Assembly: GCA_043805735.1 (NCBI GenBank)
Contig: JAZDHS010000032.1
Span: 1-57,733 of the forward strand
DNA length: 57,733 nt
Origin: Candidatus Omnitrophota bacterium
GTDB lineage: Bacteria; Omnitrophota; Gorgyraeia; JAFGHF01
Direction of reading: 5' to 3'
Shown: positions 35,582 through 41,974 of the stretch, in pieces
How the letters are laid out: every line of letters begins with the position of its first letter
Position numbering within the stretch: position 1 is the stretch's first letter
Position numbers and translations under genes: made by a program
Notes under the pieces: generated by a model
Database searches by the model: none
Told to the model about the DNA's origin: nothing
The model's input: only the letters and a program-made list of their open reading frames with translations

Positions 35582-35587
35582 GCTAAC

Positions 35588-36859
35588 ATGCGCGTTAAAG
35601 TGGAGAAGATAGTTTTTGGGGGCCAAAGCCTCTGCCGGTCGGAAGGAAAAGTTATCCTTACCGACGAGGGCCTGCCGCAAGAAACTATCGACGTCGAGGT
35701 AGTCAAAGAAAAAAAGAATTATGTCGAGGCGCATACGCTCAATATTGTCGAGGCCTCCAGCCAACGCGTTAAAGCCCGCTGCGACCACTATCAGCTTTGC
35801 TCCGCTTATCAATATATCGATTATCCCGTTCAAGTAGAAACAAAAAAGCAGCAGCTCCAGGAAATGCTCTCCCATCGGCTTAAAAATAATCTGCCGCCGA
35901 TTCTCTTTCGGCCGGCGCAAAATTTATGGCACTACCGCAATAAAGTGCGCTTTCCTATTCTCTGGGAAGACTCTCAAGCTTATCTCGCTTATCATCTTCC
36001 GGGATCGTGGGAAAAATTACAAAAAATCAGCGACTGTTTCCTGATCGCCGAACCAATGCTGTCTTTTTTGCGTGAGCTCCCAAGGGAAATTACTGCCCTC
36101 AAGCTAGACTTTATCCGCGAAGTTTCTCTGCGGCAAAACGATAATGGCTCAGGGATGCTTTTACTTTTAGATGGAGTAAACTACCGGGATGCGCTTAAGC
36201 GCCTTGGCGGTTTAGAAACGTTAAAAGAGCGCTATCCGCTGGCGGGGATAGTTTATAAAGATATCCAAACGGGCGCGCGTAAAAACCTGATCGGCGAAGG
36301 CGTGCTGATTGAGGAAATTTTAGGCCGTTCTTTTCTGGTGGGGTGCGAATCTTTCTTTCAGATTAATATAGCGATGCTTAAGCTTCTGATTAATGACCTG
36401 CGCGCAACGCTTAAGCTCGAAGGCAAAAAGAATATTGCCGACCTCTATTGCGGAGTAGGCACCCTGGGTATACTTTTGTCAGACTCAGGCTGCCATTGCC
36501 ACTTTGTGGAAGAGTCAAAGGAGAATCTGCCCTTCCTTAAACAGAATATCCAGCGTAACGGCCTCACCCAAGCCACGGTATACGAGGAGGCTTGCGAGCG
36601 ATGGATACCCCGCTTGCACAGCTTAGCGCTCGATTTAGTAATCCTTGACCCGCCGCGAAAAGGACTCAACACCCGCATCATCGCCGCGCTGTTACAGACG
36701 CCTTGCAAATCTATCGCCTATATTTCCTGCAACCCGGCGACCCTGGCCCGGGATTTGGAACTTTTAGGCGGGCATTACCGGGTGAGCCATCTTTTTGGCT
36801 ATGATTTCTTCGCCCAGACACCGCATATTGAAGTTTTGGCAATCTTAGAGCAGAAATGA
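35588..36859 (+). CDS. RumA/RlmD-family SAM-dependent RNA (uracil-5)-methyltransferase
   Basis: TRAM-like N-terminus, SAM motif DLYCGVGTLGI, VILDPPRKG and the catalytic region YISCNPATLARDL. Start set at M7 (ATG 35588). Confidence 0.8.
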   Translation: MRVKVEKIVFGGQSLCRSEGKVILTDEGLPQETIDVEVVKEKKNYVEAHTLNIVEASSQRVKARCDHYQLCSAYQYIDYPVQVETKKQQLQEMLSHRLKNNLPPILFRPAQNLWHYRNKVRFPILWEDSQAYLAYHLPGSWEKLQKISDCFLIAEPMLSFLRELPREITALKLDFIREVSLRQNDNGSGMLLLLDGVNYRDALKRLGGLETLKERYPLAGIVYKDIQTGARKNLIGEGVLIEEILGRSFLVGCESFFQINIAMLKLLINDLRATLKLEGKKNIADLYCGVGTLGILLSDSGCHCHFVEESKENLPFLKQNIQRNGLTQATVYEEACERWIPRLHSLALDLVILDPPRKGLNTRIIAALLQTPCKSIAYISCNPATLARDLELLGGHYRVSHLFGYDFFAQTPHIEVLAILEQK

Positions 36860-36867
36860 ACGGCAAC

Positions 36868-38367
36868 TTACGCCCGGCCGTAAACCTCACTCATCCGGCG
36901 CAGTTTCGTAATGGTGGTTTGGTCAAAGGCATTTTTGGACATCCGCCAGAGCCAATTGCCTTTGGTGGTGGAGGGAGTGTTCATCCGCGCTTCTTTACCT
37001 AATCCCAGCGCATCCTGCGCGGGAATAATGACTAAATTGGCTACCGACATCATTGCCAGGCGGATGAGCTCCCAATGGACAGTGTCCGCGGCGATTTTCC
37101 TACCGGTATATTCGCTTAAACGCTGTTTATCCTTTTCCGAGGCCTCATCGTCGAGCCAGCCTTTAATCGTATTATTGTCGTGCGTGCCGGTGTAGACGAC
37201 GCAGTGCGGATTATAGGTATGCGGCAGGTAGGGATGCATCGGCTGGTCTTCGTTAAAAGCAAACAACAATACCTTCATCCCCGGAAAATGAAAACGGGCA
37301 ATGGCCGCGCGGACATCATCGGTAATAATCCCTAAGTCTTCGGCCAAGACCGGTAGGTGAGGAAAATTACGCAGCAAGGTATTAAAAAACTCATTTGTGG
37401 GAACACCGGCCCACTTCCCGTTTACCGCCGTTCTCTCCCCCGCCGCAATCTCCCAATAGGCCACTAAGCCGCGGAAATGATCAATCCGGACCAGGTCAAA
37501 CAGTGCTAAATTCAACCGCATCCGCTCGACCCACCAGTCAAAGCCCCGGGACTCTAAAATATCCCAGCGATAGACGGGGTTACCCCAGCGCTGTCCGGTC
37601 TTACTGAAATAATCCGGCGGCACACCGGCGACAAAGGTGGGATTACCCTCTTCGTCCAGCTTAAAGATCTCGGGGTTGGCCCAGACATCAGCGCTGTCAT
37701 AGCTCACATAAATCGGCAGGTCGCCGATGATCCGGATCCCTTTAGAGTTGGCGTATGATTTCAGCGCCGACCATTGTTTGAAAAAAACAAATTGGAGAAA
37801 GCGCTCCTTCTCCAGCTCAGCGCTATGGCGCTTGGCCAAGGATTGTAATTCTTGCGGTTTTCTATCTTTGAGGCCCTGCGGCCACTGATTCCAAGAACGG
37901 CCCTTATGCTGTTTCCTGATTAAAGCAAAAAGCACGAAATCTTCCAGCCAGGCGGCATTGTTAACGCAAAAGGCCTCATAGCCTTGAGTGTCTTTGCTTT
38001 TTTTTAAGAATTTCTCAAAGGCTTTATCAAAAAGCTTTTCTTTATAGGCAATTACCTGATCATATTCGCAGCGTGCGGATGAAAAAGTTAATTTTTGTTT
38101 TAGGTCCGCGCCGGCCAAGAGGCCTTCCTCCATTAACTTTTCCGGGCTAATCAGAAAAATATTGCCGGCAAAAGCGGAAATGCAGCTGTAAGGAGAACTG
38201 CCTGTAGCGGCGTTGGGTAAATTCAACGGCAGGATTTGCCAAAGGCTTTGTTTGGCGGCCCAGAGGCGATCCACAAACTGATAAGCCTCTGGGCCAAAAT
38301 CGCCGATCCCGTAGGCCGCAGGCAATGACGTAATATGTAAAAGTATCCCGCTTTTTCTTTCGCTCAT
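36868..38367 (-). CDS. malQ: 4-alpha-glucanotransferase (amylomaltase, GH77)
   Basis: 499 aa. SGILLHITSLP start, DLPIYVSYDSADVW and RIDHFRG motifs. Confidence 0.92.
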   Translation of the reverse strand: MSERKSGILLHITSLPAAYGIGDFGPEAYQFVDRLWAAKQSLWQILPLNLPNAATGSSPYSCISAFAGNIFLISPEKLMEEGLLAGADLKQKLTFSSARCEYDQVIAYKEKLFDKAFEKFLKKSKDTQGYEAFCVNNAAWLEDFVLFALIRKQHKGRSWNQWPQGLKDRKPQELQSLAKRHSAELEKERFLQFVFFKQWSALKSYANSKGIRIIGDLPIYVSYDSADVWANPEIFKLDEEGNPTFVAGVPPDYFSKTGQRWGNPVYRWDILESRGFDWWVERMRLNLALFDLVRIDHFRGLVAYWEIAAGERTAVNGKWAGVPTNEFFNTLLRNFPHLPVLAEDLGIITDDVRAAIARFHFPGMKVLLFAFNEDQPMHPYLPHTYNPHCVVYTGTHDNNTIKGWLDDEASEKDKQRLSEYTGRKIAADTVHWELIRLAMMSVANLVIIPAQDALGLGKEARMNTPSTTKGNWLWRMSKNAFDQTTITKLRRMSEVYGRA

Positions 38368-38370
38368 CAG

Positions 38371-41300
38371 TTATTCCAAATTGACTTCAATATATTCAAT
38401 GTTTCCCTGGCGCACAGACAGAGCATAATTATCGGCAATAACGCCGCCCTTTAATTGAAGATCCGGTTTTCCCTTTTGTTTGAGTATTATTTTTTCCGGC
38501 CTTACACCCTGCGGGCCAAAGGTATCTTTGCGTCTGGGATTACGATAAATCACCAACACCTTTCCTAAAAAGACAAAGGCAAAACTATCTTTAGGAATAA
38601 CGACCTGCTGCAGCTGGCCATGCGCATCATAAAAGCTTGCCTCTTCCTCCTTCTCGGTAAAGAGCCAGGCCGGTAATACCGGCGCAAATTTAAGCGCTGG
38701 TTTACCCTCGCCATCAAGAAAGAAAGGTTTTTGGCCACAACACAGTTCTATCCAGATCGACAAAAATTCACTGGTGCACCCGGAAAGCCGGGCGACAAAA
38801 CCGTTTCCGTGGATAGCGGAATCGGGGTGGGCGCTCGAACAGATAAATGAGGAATTTTCTAAAATACTGCGGCCGTAAACCTGCGGGTCCATAAAGGCTA
38901 CCAGCGTCGTTTTAAGATCGGTAAAAAACTCTTCGTATAACCCGCCGCGCAAGAGCTCCAGCAGGTATTTGTATTCCATATGTAGCCAGACCGATTCATT
39001 TTCCAACCAGCCGGGGGAAAATACTTTGGAACGCCCGATTTCATCAGGCATCCCGGCCAGCGATACGTTGAGTTTATACATTTTTAGTTTTTGGTCATAT
39101 AAGTCGCTTTTGCGCACGCACTCGGCCAGCTCTTTCTTCTGTTTTACGTTTTCCAGGACCTTCATCAAATGAACGGGGCCTTCGAGAAAATGCGCCACCG
39201 GCGTCGTCGAAAAGGCCAGCGCCCGGACTATCGGTGAGCGTGTATATTTTGTGGCCGTGTGATAAAAGTAGGTGTATGGCAGCCCTGTTTTTTGATCAAT
39301 ACTTTTTACCAAGGCCCGGCTCAACTTCTCTAAGGCCAGCGTAAAAAACGTTTTGATTGCTTTTAACTCCAGCGCCTTTTCGCTGCCGCTAAAGCCCATG
39401 CGGGTTTGTTCGCGGAATTTCTCTTTTAAGGCCGTGCTCTTATCCCAGTAAAGAAAATCGGCGTTTTTCGCCGCTGATTGCTTCAGAACTACGCTCAGGC
39501 CCTTGAGAAAATCCGCCGCTTCCCGCGGCAGCTTTACCTTAAAAGCATCGCCAAGAGCAAGTGTATCCAGGGCCGCTTGCAGGAAAAGAATCAGCCGCTT
39601 TAATTCCGCGGTCTCGCTGACTGATGAGCCAAAGATCCCGGGAAGATTATTCAAGGCATCGCACCAGCCGGGCTTATTCGCTTCCATTTCTATCCCGATA
39701 CCCGCCGGGTCCAGTGAGGCGGTCTTATTGGCAACCAAGGTTAAGAGTTTTACCAACAGCGTAGTATAGTAGACATCGCCTTTACCAGAGCGCACCCTTA
39801 CCTGATGCGCCCGCGATAACCGCGCGGCAATCAGTTTTTTCTTAGCGGCATCCTCGGCTACTGCGCCGTATTGGCGCACTTTCCCTTTCACCAGTACGTA
39901 CTTTTCACGACGCGGCAGCACACGTAAGCTACTGTCAAAAAAAGTAAAGTCCTTTTTTTCAATTAATAAACTCTTTAGCTTCTCCGGATACACCGCCAAG
40001 TAGCTTTCAATCAGGTCAAGGTTATAGGTCCAATGGTCGACCCAATAGCCCTCACCCTGGGTGAGGACATCTTCCTTGGCAATAATCGCCAGTATCTCCG
40101 GCAGAAAGCCTTTAGCCACGCTAATACGTTCTTTCCAGAGGCAAAAAGCGACCTCACCGAGCGTAAAATCTTGGGCTAACAATTTGGCGAGTGTTTTACG
40201 TTGCTCGTCTTTAGGAATATATTTCTTGAGGATTTTGGATAAGGCCGGTTTATTTTGAATGCGCAGGCTCAAGCCGTTAACCAAAAGCGGATTAAACCCA
40301 TCCGGCTGCAGCGCATCAATAAAGGTATGGATATTATCTTCTTGCACATCGGGATTAAAGAAAACGTCATTTCGGCGATTTTGGTTAATATCGCGGTAGG
40401 CGCCGTTACCTTGAGAAAAAAAAGAAGGCAAAAGCATAAAATTATTATAGTCGCGCTCCGGGTCGCCGTGCCTACGCGCGTAAAGATAATAGACGAAATT
40501 ATCTTTAGCTGTTGCCAGCGAATAAGGAAATCCCCCGCGCAGAAGATTATCGAGAAAGGTTTGCCGCGTATAGGCGTCAAGGGCCGGATGCGCGCTCTGG
40601 GTAAAGACGCTGTTGGTTAAGCGTGTAATTATTTCCTGATTACGCGCTAGCTGTTTGGAGAAAAAGTCGCTGCTGATAATGTGATTTTTAAGCGCGTTAA
40701 TCTGTTCGGCCGTTTCGACATTGCCAAAAACAGAAACCACGCGCAGCGACTGATTGGGCGCCAAACTAAAGCGCAAATGCGTAAACGCTGACGGGGTTTT
40801 GCCTTCGCTGCGCTCTTTGCCGGTAAAAGAAAACTCTTGGGCCTCGGCGAAAGCGACGGGAAAACTTAAGTCCCCATCTTTGCCAAAGATGACGTCGGGG
40901 TCAATAATTGCCTCTAACTGGCGCGCAGAGGCGCCGGCTACTTCATAAGCCAGGAAGAAATTGCCGCGCTCGACATATTCCAGCTCCGGCTTGTCCTCGG
41001 GCTTGACCTTGAGGGCATAAAAGGGGATGTTCTGTTCGCGGTTGGTGACCTGCATCCAGGCCTCAATGGTCCGGCTCATATGCTTTTGACACCAGGCATT
41101 GGTGCCATAGGGCACCAGTTGCGGCAGGCCGTCAATCAGTTCGCCGCCGATTGTCTGAGCGGAAGTATTGGTAATGGTCAGTTGCCGCGCCAGGCCGGCA
41201 AATGGCTCTTCGGCAACGGCTAAATATGCGACATTAGTCTTAACGCCCAGGGCCGGATTAACTTCCTCCAGCTCAAGGCCTGAGGGGCTAATCTTCATCT

Positions 41301-41634
41301 GCGCGCGGGCCTCTTTACTGTAAGGGCACCCGGCGTCACGAAATGGTTCATAGAGAAGTGGTTTAGGCGCAACGATTTTAATAAAGGTGCGAAAACCCTT
41401 GAAGGGTGTCAGATGATAGGCCTGATTGGCAGGATAGAATTCGAGCATCGCGCCGTCTTTATCGCGCACACCGAAGGAGCTGACGCACTGCCCACGGTTG
41501 ACATAAAACAGCCACAGCGGTGTGCCGTATAAACCGGCGATGCCGGGAAAGAAGCTGGAAAAGGCTTTGGCAAAATTGTAATTTTCAATTACAAAATCGC
41601 CCGATTTCTCCAGCCGATACTGCACTTTCTTCAC
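38371..41634 (-). CDS. Large (1087 aa) GH94-like (alpha/alpha)6-barrel glycoside phosphorylase/hydrolase superfamily protein, specificity unknown
   Basis: C-terminal pattern GWLENESVWLHMEYKYLLELLRGG...DPQVYGRSILENSSFI...GNGFVARLSGCTSEFLSIW resembles the catalytic barrel of GH94/GH15-type enzymes. The stop is 3 nt upstream of the malQ start. The GTG start lies inside TIR element copy B. Confidence 0.5.
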   Translation of the reverse strand: MKKVQYRLEKSGDFVIENYNFAKAFSSFFPGIAGLYGTPLWLFYVNRGQCVSSFGVRDKDGAMLEFYPANQAYHLTPFKGFRTFIKIVAPKPLLYEPFRDAGCPYSKEARAQMKISPSGLELEEVNPALGVKTNVAYLAVAEEPFAGLARQLTITNTSAQTIGGELIDGLPQLVPYGTNAWCQKHMSRTIEAWMQVTNREQNIPFYALKVKPEDKPELEYVERGNFFLAYEVAGASARQLEAIIDPDVIFGKDGDLSFPVAFAEAQEFSFTGKERSEGKTPSAFTHLRFSLAPNQSLRVVSVFGNVETAEQINALKNHIISSDFFSKQLARNQEIITRLTNSVFTQSAHPALDAYTRQTFLDNLLRGGFPYSLATAKDNFVYYLYARRHGDPERDYNNFMLLPSFFSQGNGAYRDINQNRRNDVFFNPDVQEDNIHTFIDALQPDGFNPLLVNGLSLRIQNKPALSKILKKYIPKDEQRKTLAKLLAQDFTLGEVAFCLWKERISVAKGFLPEILAIIAKEDVLTQGEGYWVDHWTYNLDLIESYLAVYPEKLKSLLIEKKDFTFFDSSLRVLPRREKYVLVKGKVRQYGAVAEDAAKKKLIAARLSRAHQVRVRSGKGDVYYTTLLVKLLTLVANKTASLDPAGIGIEMEANKPGWCDALNNLPGIFGSSVSETAELKRLILFLQAALDTLALGDAFKVKLPREAADFLKGLSVVLKQSAAKNADFLYWDKSTALKEKFREQTRMGFSGSEKALELKAIKTFFTLALEKLSRALVKSIDQKTGLPYTYFYHTATKYTRSPIVRALAFSTTPVAHFLEGPVHLMKVLENVKQKKELAECVRKSDLYDQKLKMYKLNVSLAGMPDEIGRSKVFSPGWLENESVWLHMEYKYLLELLRGGLYEEFFTDLKTTLVAFMDPQVYGRSILENSSFICSSAHPDSAIHGNGFVARLSGCTSEFLSIWIELCCGQKPFFLDGEGKPALKFAPVLPAWLFTEKEEEASFYDAHGQLQQVVIPKDSFAFVFLGKVLVIYRNPRRKDTFGPQGVRPEKIILKQKGKPDLQLKGGVIADNYALSVRQGNIEYIEVNLE

Positions 41635-41757
41635 CCCGCCCTTCCTTTCCTTGTATTGCCAACGAAAATATTGCTTGTAGTGAATATTATACGCATTGCC
41701 TAAACCTTTAAGCCTGCCTTCGCTCGATATGTATTGCTTGTTCAGGAAGGGCGGGGT
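41633..41757 (-). repeat. TIR element copy B (125 bp)
   Basis: ACCCCGCCCTTCC (41633-41645) and GGAAGGGCGGGGT (41745-41757) are perfect inverted repeats. Confidence 0.85.
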
Positions 41758-41779
41758 TCATTTGCCACTCCGCTTATTA

Positions 41780-41906
41780 GACCCCAGCTTAAGGCCCGAC
41801 CTTTAATGGAATGGGTCGGCCTATCCTTCTGGATAAAGGAATGCTGGGTCTATCCAAAAAGGATGCACCTGGCTATCCTTTAAGCCAGGGTGCTACCCTT
41901 TAGGGT
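41780..41906 (-). repeat. Cluster of REP-like units with one unit nested inside another
   Basis: A unit-3-type stem (GACCCCAGC 41780-88 / GCTGGGTC 41843-50) encloses a unit-2-type element (GGCCCGACC 41793-801 / GGTCGGCC 41814-21 plus TATCCTTCTGGAT). A third hairpin follows (GCACCTGGC / GCCAGGGTGC) with TATCC.../TACCC... tails. Confidence 0.75.
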
Positions 41907-41913
41907 TACACAA

Positions 41914-41941
41914 ATTATACCGCAAATACTCAATTTGTAAA
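41914..41941 (-). promoter_or_regulatory. Sigma70-type promoter upstream of the REP cluster, TIR copy B and the GH94-like gene
   Basis: Minus sense: TTTACA, 16 nt spacer, TATAAT. Confidence 0.5.
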
Positions 41942-41974
41942 TAGAAAAGCGAGCGCAGCGAAAACACCGAGCTT

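Noticed and set aside
35564-35920. 118-aa minus-strand ORF opposite the start of the rlmD-like gene.
   Set aside because: It is antisense to a gene with clear methyltransferase motifs. The minus-strand promoter at 35533-35560 lies downstream of it, not upstream.
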